DNA of 64,000 nucleotides from Candidatus Latescibacterota bacterium (GTDB lineage Bacteria; Latescibacterota; UBA2968; GCA-2709665). The notes under the pieces were generated by a model. The model was not told the origin of the DNA, searched no databases, and worked only from the letters and a program-made list of their open reading frames with translations. Each line of letters begins with the position of its first letter. The first letter of the stretch is position 1. The position numbers and the translations under genes were made by a program. The stretch lies in NCBI GenBank assembly GCA_965219995.1, contig CBDCOX010000002.1, forward strand, positions 4,448,001-4,512,000, written 5' to 3'. Shown here in pieces: positions 29,053 through 39,487 of this stretch.

Positions 29053-31370
29053 TCACTCCACGCTTCTACCTGTCAAAGTCAATATCCCCGCAATCCGCCT
29101 CCCTACCTCCGCAAAGTACTGTACTTCCTCGGGCTTGAGCGCTCGGTCGAGCACTTTGTGTTCACGATATGAAAGCCATTTCTTGAGTACCTGATAGCCG
29201 CCGAGTTTGTAGTTCCATACCGCGGCGGGGACGTTGCGCCAGAAGGCTTTGTCATTCAGGTATATGTCGAACGTATTGTCACCCAGCACTGATTTCGCCG
29301 AGCCCAGCGCCTGGTTTTCATCCGCCGTGTATTTTCGTTGTTCAGCGTGCCCCTGTCCCGGCATCACGGCTTCGCCCGATCCGTAATGACCCCACCCGGC
29401 GGTGACCGCGAAGTCGTCACCCGACATATTACGATTATCGACAGTAGAGGGTTCGGCAATGCCCACGATTTCCGGTCGCAGTGTGCCCTCGGTCACGCCC
29501 GGAACAGGCGTGTCGGGATCAAGTAGACCTGCCAGTTCGCGGCCCCTCATTGCCGATGCTCTAAGAAACTCCGCTGCGCCTTCAGTCTTGCCATCGGGCC
29601 AACCAGGTAGCGGGATGCGGGGCCAGCCCATGCGTAATGCATCCGCATTAGCTTGCCGATACGTGGGATCGTGCATCACGGCCAATATATGATGAAATAT
29701 GTCTTCGACGTGGATCCCCAAACGTTCAATGTAAACTTCAGCGGCGGCCGATAGGTTCGGACGGTGTTGAAGCCCGTAGCTACCCAGTCCTAGACCTTCG
29801 TCCCGGAGATATGCTGGAAACAGAGCGGCGCCACTTTCTATTAGGTGAAAAGACCCAATGTGCGTCGTCAAGAAAGCTTGTGGTTCTGACCCATCTTTCC
29901 TGAGGCGTTTGGCCGAAGAAAACCATCTGTTGCCATGGAAAACATGCCGTTTATAGTCCGGAGCGGGCGCGGTTAGCAGTCGACGGTCTGCCTCCCAATA
30001 AAGCCAGCGATTGTCAAATGGTCGATATGTGACTCGAATGAATCCAGAATCACCTGGTCCGCCACGTGAAAGTAATGCTTCACGTGTCGTCCGCGCATCG
30101 GAAATCCTAAACGCTGACGAGTTTCTCATTGCTGCAGGACAACATCGCCTGATTTCTTCGTGGCTTAGTGCAGGATTGAAGTAGTCGGCAACTCGCTTAC
30201 GTAGGTGATCCTCGTCAATTCCAACGAGTAGTCGGTCTCGCCCTGTGTGGACACCCGGAAATGAAACCGGTACCAGATCGGGCAGAGACGGCCACTCGAA
30301 CCAGTCCTTGCTAACGGCCATAGGGCAAAATGGGAGCCCAAGTGGCAGGATGGGCTCGATACGGTCGTAAAGAACACGTGGTTTTACTTCCGCTGTCTGA
30401 ATCAGTTCCAATGGTTTTGCAATTCCCCAAAGTTGACGAAACTCCACCGACTCGGTCGGAGCATGATTGGTTTTGCGCACAAGGGTTGCAATAGCAGTGC
30501 CGACCTGGATGCCGACCGGGTCGCCTTCGGTCGAGAAGATGCTGGGGTCTGGCGCGCCCTTCGGCGTGACTTTGCCGGTTTTGTATTTGTCGCCGTTCAA
30601 GCAGTCAATGCGGATCGCATCGAACGTATCCAGATATCGCTCTCGCATCCCCGAAAAGGACATGCCATCGAGCCAGGAGTAGTTGGAGATGAAGCAAACA
30701 ACGCCTTGCCCCGTTTTCTCAGTGATGCGGCGTTCCGCCACGCGGAAAAATCGTACATAAAGATCATTCAATGCTCTTGAATCAGTGAGACTTACTTGTA
30801 TAGGTGTTCGGTACGCCTCCAACAGTTCATGTTCCTCTTCGATTGCAACTCCAGCGAAGCCGTTGTAGGGCGGATTGCCCAAAATCACAAGGATCGGTTT
30901 GTCCTGCTTTACCTTCCCGGCCCGGTCGCGTTCCTCTTGCAGTTCAGGAAAGGCAACGGTCTGAGATCCCTCGCCTGCACTCTCCCAGTCCGTCAGTGCA
31001 TTTGTAAGAAAGATCCCCGCACGCTCCGTTCCGTCATCCGACAGGGCCGCGTCGAGATCTCGCAAAGTAAGGTCGACCTGAAGATGGGCTACAACATAGG
31101 GTGCAGGCAAGATTTCGAACCCGAAAACGCGCTCTGTCGCCGCCTGCTTGACTCTTGCGCCTGCGAGCGCACCGAGGCCGCGTCCTTCGAGATTGGCGGC
31201 GATTCGGCGCAGTGCTTCGGCGAGATAGGCCCCGGTGCCGCAACACGGGTCGAGTACGTAGACGTTTTCTGCGGCGAGTCCGTCCGCGATGCCGAGGTCG
31301 CCCTTGAGCGCTTTATCGACTCTGGCGACCATGTATTGCACCACTTCTAACGGCGTGTACCAGACGCCTA
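29053..31370 (-). pseudogene. 3' part of a Type IIG/ISP-like restriction-modification enzyme (N6-adenine MTase + TRD), IS630-interrupted
   Basis: LGVWYTP resumes at the IS junction; DPCCGTG (motif I), GNPPY (motif IV), YRPFD, LGGYQVLKKWLSYRE. Confidence 0.88.
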
Positions 31371-32528
31371 GTACTTACTTGACAAAGAAAGCGAAATAAT
31401 ATATCTTGGGCTCATAGGGAATCGATCTCAATTCAATTGTGGAGAGGAGACCGCCTATGAGCCGCCCCGCCGTGTTGATCACGTTGAGTGACGAGGAAAA
31501 AGAGACGCTGTTGAGTTGGAGCCGTTCAGGCAAGACGCAACACCGTTATGTGCTACGCGCCCGGATTGTTCTTTCAGCATCGCAGGGCATTGCGAACCGT
31601 GACATCGCCAGGGACCTGGGAACGCGCGAGGCCACGGTGTGCAAGTGGCGCCGGCGCTTTCACGAGTCGGGTCTTTCCGGGTTGCAGGACAAGGCGAGGT
31701 CGGGTAAGCCTGCCAAGTACGATCTTTCAAGCGAAAGGCGAATTTTGGAGTCCTTGGACGACGCCCCGCCCAAGGGCTATGGAAACTGGACCGGTCCGTT
31801 GTTGGCCGACAAGCTGGGGATTTCTGTCCACTATGTCTGGCAAGTATTGCGCAACCACGGCATCTCACTGGCCAGAAGGCGCAGCTGGTGTATCAGCACC
31901 GATCCCGAATTTGCCGCCAAGGCCGCAGCCATTGTGGGGTTGTATCTGGAACCTCCCAAAAATGCGATTGTCTTGTGCGTCGACGAAAAGCCCGCGATCC
32001 AGGCGTTGGAAAGGGTACAGGGATGGCTCAAGCTGCCCAACGGCAAGGCCGTGACCGGCTTTAACCACGAATACAAGAGAAACGGCACCACCACGTTATT
32101 CGCCGCATTGAACGTCGCCACCGGCCTCGTCAAGGCCGGGCATTACAAAAGGCGCAAACGACGCCAATTCTTGAGCTTTATGAACGAACTTGTCGCCGAA
32201 TACCCCGATCAGGAACTCCACATCATCCTCGACAACCTGAACACCCACAAGCCCAAGAACGACCGCTGGCTGCCACGCCATCCAAATGTCCACTTCTACT
32301 ACACCCCTACCCACGCATCCTGGCTGAACCAGATCGAAATCTGGTTCAGCATCCTGTGGAGAAGCGCGCTCAAAGGCGGCTCCTTCACCTCGATTCGAGA
32401 CTTACGCACCGCCATCAATCACTTCATTGACGCCTACAACGAGAACGCACATCCCTTCGAGTGGAAAGCCACAAAAGTCCGACCCAAAGCCCTTGAAGAA
32501 AAATACTCTAATTTAGCCAATTAAGTAC
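31371..32528 (+). mobile_element. IS630-family insertion sequence (1158 bp) with TA target duplication
   Basis: TIRs GTACTTACTTGACAAA vs reverse complement GTACTTAATTGGCTAA (13/16); TA at 31369-31370 and 32529-32530 in CTAG context; removal restores KELGVWYTP in frame. Confidence 0.93.
31457..32524 (+). CDS. IS630 transposase
   Basis: N-terminal HTH, CVDEKPAIQAL, ILDNLNTHK, SWLNQIEIWF (DDE). Confidence 0.95.
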   Translation: MSRPAVLITLSDEEKETLLSWSRSGKTQHRYVLRARIVLSASQGIANRDIARDLGTREATVCKWRRRFHESGLSGLQDKARSGKPAKYDLSSERRILESLDDAPPKGYGNWTGPLLADKLGISVHYVWQVLRNHGISLARRRSWCISTDPEFAAKAAAIVGLYLEPPKNAIVLCVDEKPAIQALERVQGWLKLPNGKAVTGFNHEYKRNGTTTLFAALNVATGLVKAGHYKRRKRRQFLSFMNELVAEYPDQELHIILDNLNTHKPKNDRWLPRHPNVHFYYTPTHASWLNQIEIWFSILWRSALKGGSFTSIRDLRTAINHFIDAYNENAHPFEWKATKVRPKALEEKYSNLAN

Positions 32529-33581
32529 TAGTTCCTTTCGCAGGTCGGGGTCAAATGCTTCCAGGAAGGGCTCGTAGAAATAGGTAACGGCTTCTCCCTC
32601 GTTGAAGCGAGCGAAGAAGGCGTCGCGGTCCACCCGGTCAAGCGCGGCGGACGTCCAGTCGAGCACCTCCACGAGGCCGAGCTGCTGCAGCCGGCCTGGC
32701 TGCGAAATCTGCTGAAACAGAGCCTGCATCACCGGCGTGCGCAGATGCCACACTGCCTCATGCCAATTGAACGTGACCCCCGGCGCAGGTTTCTTTCGTG
32801 CCCACAGAACCCACGCGGAGAAGATTCCGTAGAATAGCGTCTGCACGAGTGTCGAGTGGAAAAAGCGCTCGCCTTGTTCGTCCTCGAATTGGACGCCGAG
32901 TGACTCTTCCAGCGCGGAACGTATCGCGTTGAGCGACGGAGAGTCGTCGGCGGCTACGACGCGTGCCAAGCCGTCCCGTGCGTAAGACGCGAGTAACCAG
33001 GCGAGGTCTTTCGATTCGGTGATCGCCGCTAGGTGAGACAATGCACGAATCAGGTATTCACTCAGGCCTGCGCCGACTTCGCGGGCGAAGGCGTGTGGCT
33101 TCTGCAACCTGCGGTTAAACTCCTCGTCGGTGCCAGCGAGGCTATAAGATTCGAAATCGGTCTCATTTCCGGCTCCGTCGCGACCGACAAGAGTAAACCC
33201 ACGAAAGTTGGTCATCAACACCAGGTGGTACCGGGTCCAATATCGTGTCACCTGACCACGAACCTCCGGCGTGCCCATATTTTCCGCTGTAGACTTTACT
33301 TCCACGACGCCGCGTTCAGGTTTCTGTCCGGAGCGCGGATTACCCTTCTGCACCTGATTTGCGGAATAAAGACCGAAATCCGGATGTCCCCCTCCTTGGT
33401 CTGCCATTTCGCTAACACAGAACACCTTCGGCTTTAGTGTCTCCCCGACGGCGTTCAGCAGATTCTCCAGCGGGCCAGAGTTCGAGCGCTCGCCGGTTCC
33501 CCCGCCCGTGGCGCGGATTCGTCCCAGTTGCTCGAAGTATTCCGCAACCGCTGTGGTCAGTCTCGTTGTCGATTTGGCCAT
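32529..33581 (-). pseudogene. 5' part of the restriction-modification enzyme (nuclease + helical domain)
   Basis: HPDFGL...GVVEVK PD-(D/E)xK, TLVQTLFYGIF, YFYEPFLEAFDPDLRKE(L) up to the IS junction. Confidence 0.88.
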
Positions 33582-33680
33582 AATACGTTATGCTCTTTCA
33601 ATTGGCTCAAGTTCGGGTATCGCAACCGAAAGCCGGATGCTCTGTTTGGAAAGTCATTGCTGGTAGTCTTCCAACAGGAA

Positions 33681-36600
33681 TTACATCAAGCCGCGTCTCG
33701 CAGCAATTTCCCTCAGCCTTTGTTTGAATTCACAGGAAAGGTCTGATCGAAGAAGCTCCTCGATGAGTTCTTTGCCGTTGGGCCAAGCAAGCGGCCGAGA
33801 TTTGATCTGGTCCAGGTAAGATAGGAGTTTAGCGACCGCTTTGGGATAATGTTTCCAGAGTTTGTTCCTGTAAACCAAATATACGACCTGGCTACTATTG
33901 GCACTTTGGATTTTTGATTCCACGGGTGGCATCTTGACTGCCAAATCAACGGCTTCGGGAAACACAGCCTTCAGATCAGGCAACCAGCAGAGCTTAATCC
34001 ACGTCTCGTCAGCGTTAAGTGGCGCTGGGACGCCTTGAATCCGGTATTCCCAATAGCGTTTGACCCAATGTTCCCACCACTCGCGTTGCTGCGAATCACC
34101 CATGTGATCGAGGCGGTTTCCGATTGTTATCGCAAAGTAGCGCCGAGAATGGTCGCCGGCGTGCTCAATGAACCTGGGAATCCAGACTTCCAGCGGATCG
34201 TCGGCAAAGTACCCCAATATGTCGATATAACGCGAGATAAATTGCTTTCGCCCTTGACCCGAGAAATCTTCCTCCATTCGAGAAACGGCTTTAAGAAATG
34301 CCACACCCATGAGTTCGGCCACTGCCGGGCTGAGACGCCCATACAAGAAGCCGTCCCAAATTGCACGATAGTCCTCAACGTTGGAATGATCGGTAAAACG
34401 AGGTACAAGATTTGTCTCTGTCCAATCTCGATCGACACCTACGAGAAAGGAAAGATACCGTGCAAGGACAGCTCTACCCAACCTTCCTGCGAGTGTCGTA
34501 TCCTCGACGATTTCTGCTAGTCCGTCACGATAGTTTGAGTGTAGGCCTTCGGACGGCTCGGCTTGCTGTCTTCGCCAGCAATTCAGGCTATGCAACCAGA
34601 AACCGGCGAGAAGCCCCGCGGTGCTGTTAATCGCCGCTGTAAGCCAGGACCCGATTTCCCTTCGCGCATCGTCGCGGTCCACGTGGCTCCAGAGGTTAGC
34701 GGCGGTCTGGTTAACCTGTGTAAGCGGTATGAGGTAATGTTGGGTCTTGTCATCTGTCACCAAGTTGTACAGGAATTCAGCGATAGTACGTGCACATTTT
34801 CTTTGTAATTCGACCCTTTCCAATTGCTGAATGACTTGACGAACTCGATTCTGATCTAGTTCAGTCTCTGACCACAACCGCAATAGAGTGTTCCATAAAT
34901 CGGTATCCCAGTTCCGCCTCTTGGCCAACGCATCCGCCAATTCGAGTCCCCACTGGAAATCCCGCTTTGCCGCATCCGAGACGGCTATGTTAAGCCCGAG
35001 ACGGTCTGGTTCATTAATTCCTGTATCCTGGAATGACAATAGTTTCTCGGCCCATTCTTCAGCGGATTTCGAAAGAAGCTCGTCTACGTTCCATGGGCTC
35101 TGGTGGCCTCCAGGGACGGAACTCATCCAGTGAGTGAGGTCTGGATGTTCTTGCGGTCGAAAGTCGGGGTGTCGCCTTAATACATCCTCCAGAGCTGCCT
35201 CAGCGACGCGACAATTAGGTGCCGCATTATGGATCCAATGGAGCCAGTTGAAATGAACGTATGCAGCGCCGTCTTCCTCAGCGTGCTCATTTTCTACAGA
35301 CGGCTGGCGATAGGCCTGTATCGCCTCAATAACGGCCGTTCGACGATCCTCATCAGCATTCGGATATATTGCCTTCATTAACTGAAACAGCTCATGATGT
35401 GCCGAAGAGTCGTGCAGATCAGTTACACTTAACAACCAATCAATCTTCTCATTTGGATTCATATCTCGGCGCTCGATTAGAGTATGCACTGCCAATCGGC
35501 GAAGTAGCGGCACCCCTTCATTGACAAGCCGATCCGACCATGCGGCCGCCACTTTTGGACGATTTGTCGCCAGCCATCCCAGGCAGTCTCGGGCGGCATC
35601 GATCAATACGTCAATTGTCTCCGGGTATTTGTCCTGTTCGTGCGGTTCGATGGCGCTTCGGCTATAACTGACCGGATTCCAATCGCGATTGGCCTCCTGC
35701 CACGCGTTGAGTGTCCAGTGTTGCGTCGTCAGGCGCCCAATAACGGTCGCAAGTAGCGTCTCCGCTACACGGTCGAGATTCGGCTTCAATCCGTCAATCC
35801 AAAGTTTGTTAATCGTGAAGTGATCGCTCACAAACCCCAATTCCACATCAATACGCGGACTCTGTTCTTTCTCATCTGAATCAGGCCAGGAAAACCCCCG
35901 CTTGACCACAACGCGGCTTGCTGCCATCGCATCGAAGACGTCGACGACACGATCCAACAGCTTGTTCTTTGTGCAACTTTCTCCCAACCAAAACAACGGA
36001 TGCTCCGTCTCCAATTGATCTGGAGCGGTAGCAAGGAGAAGGGAAACCCAACGGGACAAAGTATCTGCATCAAAGGACGGTTCGTCCCGTAACGCGACTG
36101 ATCGACATAGTGCGTCCCAGAATTTCGGATTTAGCTGAGCATGCCGCCGACCGATCAACAGAAAGAGCTCATCTGCGTGTCTGTATGCGAATTTCTCGGC
36201 TAGCCAGCTTCCCAATAGTCCATCACGTTCACTTAGCTCGCCGGTTCCAAAGAGTCCATCTAGATGATTGCGCTCATCGAGCCAAGCGACCCATTCAACC
36301 GAGGTCGCGGCATCGGTGAAAAACCGTGTCTTCGACTCGTCTGTGAGCGCATCCACAATTAAATCTGTTTCCTCTTCGTCAACGGTGGGTGGTTTCTTTG
36401 CGATTTCGGCTATTTCCCGCTGCCAATCAAGAATACTGCGTCTTGCGTGATTAGCTATGCCGCGAACGCCAGCGTAAAGTGCACTGTGAACATCACCGCG
36501 TGATCTGGGATAATGAATCGGCTCGATACCGAGAACGTGCCATCGGTCGCTGTCAGCCTCGGGCGAGAGCACGTAACGCTTTTCAGACTCTTCTACCGGC

Positions 36601-37226
36601 AAAGCACGTGACAAATAGTTCATTATGGAGTCGTTGTGGCTATAGCCGACAAAAAGAACGGTGAATGAACGAAATAACTCGACAAGAAAACTCCGTGCCC
36701 ACCCCTCTGTGAGATATGCGCGGCCAAAGTCTGCGTCTGTGAGAACCATCTCGTCAGGGCGATCAAGAGCACCGTGAACATGAACAATCCCGCTAAATTT
36801 CTTTCCTAAGGGCAGGGCGGGAGCTCGAAATACGTCCGGTTCCGCGTCAAACAGGCCGTCGACCGCCTGCTCAAACAACAGATCGAAATTGGTGGTGACG
36901 ATCAGGGGTGATTTGGATTTCGGATATAGCCTCAGAAGATCCCGGTGCAAATCGGTTGGGTGGGGGTTCTCCTGAGAAAGCTCTTGTTTTGCTCGAGTAT
37001 GTACGTCCGCACCGCTGTATTGAAGCCGACCCAGGAATTGGTCTTCGGACTCGTCGTCCTGCAAGGTTCTTCCCGTACCGCAAGCGATTGCCCTTGTTAG
37101 GCCTCGGAAGCTCGGAAGGTTTGCCGGGTCTCCCATTGATACGCCTGCGCCAGCGAATACGACTAGCTTGTCGTCGCGTAACGCGTTTACTATCTGTCTG
37201 GGAAAATCGATGCCTTTTATTTTCAT
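33681..37226 (-). CDS. Large SIR2-domain defence protein (Dsr1/DUF4020-like NADase)
   Basis: VFAGAGVS, IVTTNFD, VHVHG, DFGRAYL, VLFVGYSHND; about 900-aa helical C-terminal region. Confidence 0.85.
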   Translation of the reverse strand: MKIKGIDFPRQIVNALRDDKLVVFAGAGVSMGDPANLPSFRGLTRAIACGTGRTLQDDESEDQFLGRLQYSGADVHTRAKQELSQENPHPTDLHRDLLRLYPKSKSPLIVTTNFDLLFEQAVDGLFDAEPDVFRAPALPLGKKFSGIVHVHGALDRPDEMVLTDADFGRAYLTEGWARSFLVELFRSFTVLFVGYSHNDSIMNYLSRALPVEESEKRYVLSPEADSDRWHVLGIEPIHYPRSRGDVHSALYAGVRGIANHARRSILDWQREIAEIAKKPPTVDEEETDLIVDALTDESKTRFFTDAATSVEWVAWLDERNHLDGLFGTGELSERDGLLGSWLAEKFAYRHADELFLLIGRRHAQLNPKFWDALCRSVALRDEPSFDADTLSRWVSLLLATAPDQLETEHPLFWLGESCTKNKLLDRVVDVFDAMAASRVVVKRGFSWPDSDEKEQSPRIDVELGFVSDHFTINKLWIDGLKPNLDRVAETLLATVIGRLTTQHWTLNAWQEANRDWNPVSYSRSAIEPHEQDKYPETIDVLIDAARDCLGWLATNRPKVAAAWSDRLVNEGVPLLRRLAVHTLIERRDMNPNEKIDWLLSVTDLHDSSAHHELFQLMKAIYPNADEDRRTAVIEAIQAYRQPSVENEHAEEDGAAYVHFNWLHWIHNAAPNCRVAEAALEDVLRRHPDFRPQEHPDLTHWMSSVPGGHQSPWNVDELLSKSAEEWAEKLLSFQDTGINEPDRLGLNIAVSDAAKRDFQWGLELADALAKRRNWDTDLWNTLLRLWSETELDQNRVRQVIQQLERVELQRKCARTIAEFLYNLVTDDKTQHYLIPLTQVNQTAANLWSHVDRDDARREIGSWLTAAINSTAGLLAGFWLHSLNCWRRQQAEPSEGLHSNYRDGLAEIVEDTTLAGRLGRAVLARYLSFLVGVDRDWTETNLVPRFTDHSNVEDYRAIWDGFLYGRLSPAVAELMGVAFLKAVSRMEEDFSGQGRKQFISRYIDILGYFADDPLEVWIPRFIEHAGDHSRRYFAITIGNRLDHMGDSQQREWWEHWVKRYWEYRIQGVPAPLNADETWIKLCWLPDLKAVFPEAVDLAVKMPPVESKIQSANSSQVVYLVYRNKLWKHYPKAVAKLLSYLDQIKSRPLAWPNGKELIEELLRSDLSCEFKQRLREIAARRGLM

Positions 37227-37389
37227 TTTCGACTCGGCGAGTTATCGGGATCTACCTGCAGCAGCGCTCCGGGTCTCCGCGGCACTTGAGTTTTACCCGT
37301 AATTCGCATATTTTTCGGACATCGCCGGTAGGTTACCTGTCATCAACCCGCGAAAACTTCCTCTACGCGCGCAGGTCGTCGACATGCAA

Positions 37390-37812
37390 ATGAAAACCTC
37401 CCAATCCCTGGAACAGCGTATCGCGAGCCTGCTTGAGCCCCGCCACGAGGTTCTGGAGGCTTATCTGTTTGGTTCACACGCGCGCGGGACGGCACAACCC
37501 CACAGCGATGTCGACGTCGCTGTATATGTGGATGAAGCCAGAGTCAAAGAAAGCACGTTCGGGTATCGGGCGCAAATTACGACGGAAATAATAGCCGGCC
37601 TCCACAACAACGACGTCGATCTACTGATTCTAAACCAGGCTCCCCCTGTTCTTTACTACCATGTGCTGCGAGACGGTATCCGCCTCCTGTCCCGTGATCT
37701 GGCGGCGACGACGACGCGGGAAGGTTACGCGGTTTCCCGATATTGCGATTTCGGTCCCCAGCTTGCAAAAATGGACGCGGCATGGCGTTTGCGCGCCGGT
37801 GGCGAAAGGTGA
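37390..37812 (+). CDS. mntA: MNT nucleotidyltransferase antitoxin (type VII TA)
   Basis: GSX10DXD: GSHARGTAQPHSDVD; VDLLILN. Confidence 0.85.
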   Translation: MKTSQSLEQRIASLLEPRHEVLEAYLFGSHARGTAQPHSDVDVAVYVDEARVKESTFGYRAQITTEIIAGLHNNDVDLLILNQAPPVLYYHVLRDGIRLLSRDLAATTTREGYAVSRYCDFGPQLAKMDAAWRLRAGGER

Positions 37813-38246
37813 CTCCCGGACGCCCAAATGACCTCGTCGTGCGGCGGCATTTGACCGCGTTGAGGTCCGCCGTTGGCAACCTGCGTCGGCATTCGGATTC
37901 AACCGGCGCTCAGCTCCGCGACAATTCCGACCTTCGCTGGTTGGTCGAACGCGGCCTTCATCTCTGTGCCCAGAACGCGCTCGACATAGCAACCCATCTG
38001 GCATTGTCCGCCGGCCTTGATGCGCCGGATTACGCAACCGCCATAGACCGACTTGCAGAGATAGACGTGTTGCCTGAAGATTTCGCGGCGCACTTCCGAG
38101 CCGTGGCGGGTTTCCGTAACGTACTTGTCCACGGCTACCTTGACGTCGACCTCGATCTGATCGGGCAACTCCTCGCCCGACAACTGGATGACTTCGAGAC
38201 GTTTGCTCGCCACGTCGAACGATCGCTTGCCAGACCTGGCGAGTGA
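37809..38246 (+). CDS. hepT: HEPN (DUF86) RNase toxin
   Basis: RX4HXY: RNVLVHGY; GTGA overlap with mntA. Confidence 0.85.
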   Translation: MTPGRPNDLVVRRHLTALRSAVGNLRRHSDSTGAQLRDNSDLRWLVERGLHLCAQNALDIATHLALSAGLDAPDYATAIDRLAEIDVLPEDFAAHFRAVAGFRNVLVHGYLDVDLDLIGQLLARQLDDFETFARHVERSLARPGE

Positions 38247-38275
38247 GGAACTGCCCGTTGACAGGAGTCGAACCG

Positions 38276-39376
38276 TCATTCCGTCCCTTCGCTGACGCTG
38301 TCCCTTTCCCAGATTTCCCCGAGCGAGTATTCCTCCACCCATGAGTCGAGATCTTCGGCCTGGGGTCTCTTGAATTCCGTGGCTTCCTGATTTCGTTCCA
38401 CGACCACGATGTCGTCCGGTTCGAAGCTGTCCACGAAGGCGCTGGACTGCGTGCTTACGAGCACCTGCGTATGCTCGCTTACGGAACGAAACAGGGAGGC
38501 GATCACGTCCACGGCGCAGGGGTCCAGGCCGAGTTCCGGTTCATCCACGACAATCAGGGACGGCAGCTTCTCGGTCGGCTGTAACAGAAGCGAAATCAGG
38601 CAGATCGCCCGCAACGTGCCGTCCGAGAGCTGATGCGGGCCGAAAACCAGATCGGACTCACGGTGCCGCCAGTTGAGGATGACGTCCCGCGACTCCGCGG
38701 GCTCCAGATCGAAGTCATCGAAGAACGGCGCCACCTGCCGGATGGTGGTTACAATCCGCCTGTATGCGGTTTCGTCGCTGGACCTGAGCGCACAGAGTAT
38801 CGCCGCGAGATTGCCCGCGTCGGGCTTGAGCCAGCGGTTGTCCCCGATGTATCCGTATTGCCTCACCCTCGACGTCGGCGACGTGTCATGAAAGTGATAG
38901 GCGCGGCAGCGATTCAACAGGACCCTCAGTGTTTTCGCCGTGGGCTCTCCACTCTCCGCCACTTCTCCAATCTTCGTTTCCAGATGGCCGACGCCCAGCT
39001 GTACGATCTTGGGGCTGGGATACCCCGACTGGTGGAAGGAGAGGGTTTCTTCGGCAAAAATCAGGGAATCGCCCGCGGCGTGGAAGAGTCTCATCGAGTA
39101 CGTGTCCGTTCCGTTCTCCACCTCAAACAACATCCTTGCCTCCAGTTGCGGCGTCACTCTGGGCCCGAAGTGCAGGTTCCCCGTGGCCCGTCCGGTCGAC
39201 CCGATATGCTGCTGGAGGCGTCCGCCCATCAGTTCATTCACCAGCTTGAAGAAGGCAATGAGATTGCTCTTGCCGGCACCGTTGGCGCCGATGAGGACGT
39301 TGACCGGCCTGAGTTCCAACATCATCTCCCTGATGGACCGAAATCCGCTAATCTCGATACTCTTCAGTGTTGTCAT
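38276..39376 (-). CDS. ABC/SMC-like ATPase (AAA_21-type)
   Basis: IGANGAGKSN Walker A, LSDGTLR signature, VVDEPE Walker B, STQS. Confidence 0.87.
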   Translation of the reverse strand: MTTLKSIEISGFRSIREMMLELRPVNVLIGANGAGKSNLIAFFKLVNELMGGRLQQHIGSTGRATGNLHFGPRVTPQLEARMLFEVENGTDTYSMRLFHAAGDSLIFAEETLSFHQSGYPSPKIVQLGVGHLETKIGEVAESGEPTAKTLRVLLNRCRAYHFHDTSPTSRVRQYGYIGDNRWLKPDAGNLAAILCALRSSDETAYRRIVTTIRQVAPFFDDFDLEPAESRDVILNWRHRESDLVFGPHQLSDGTLRAICLISLLLQPTEKLPSLIVVDEPELGLDPCAVDVIASLFRSVSEHTQVLVSTQSSAFVDSFEPDDIVVVERNQEATEFKRPQAEDLDSWVEEYSLGEIWERDSVSEGTE

Positions 39377-39487
39377 GGTGTAACTCCTTGCTATTCACAC
39401 GATGTGTTAATACGCCAACGGCCTATGGTTCTATTTTTCGATGCGTTCCTTCACCGGTCTGTCACATAGACGTCCCCCTCGGCGTCG

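Noticed and set aside
20100-39420. Prophage or ICE
   Set aside because: No integrase, structural, replication or conjugation genes and no tRNA att site; DUF5131 alone is not diagnostic of phage.
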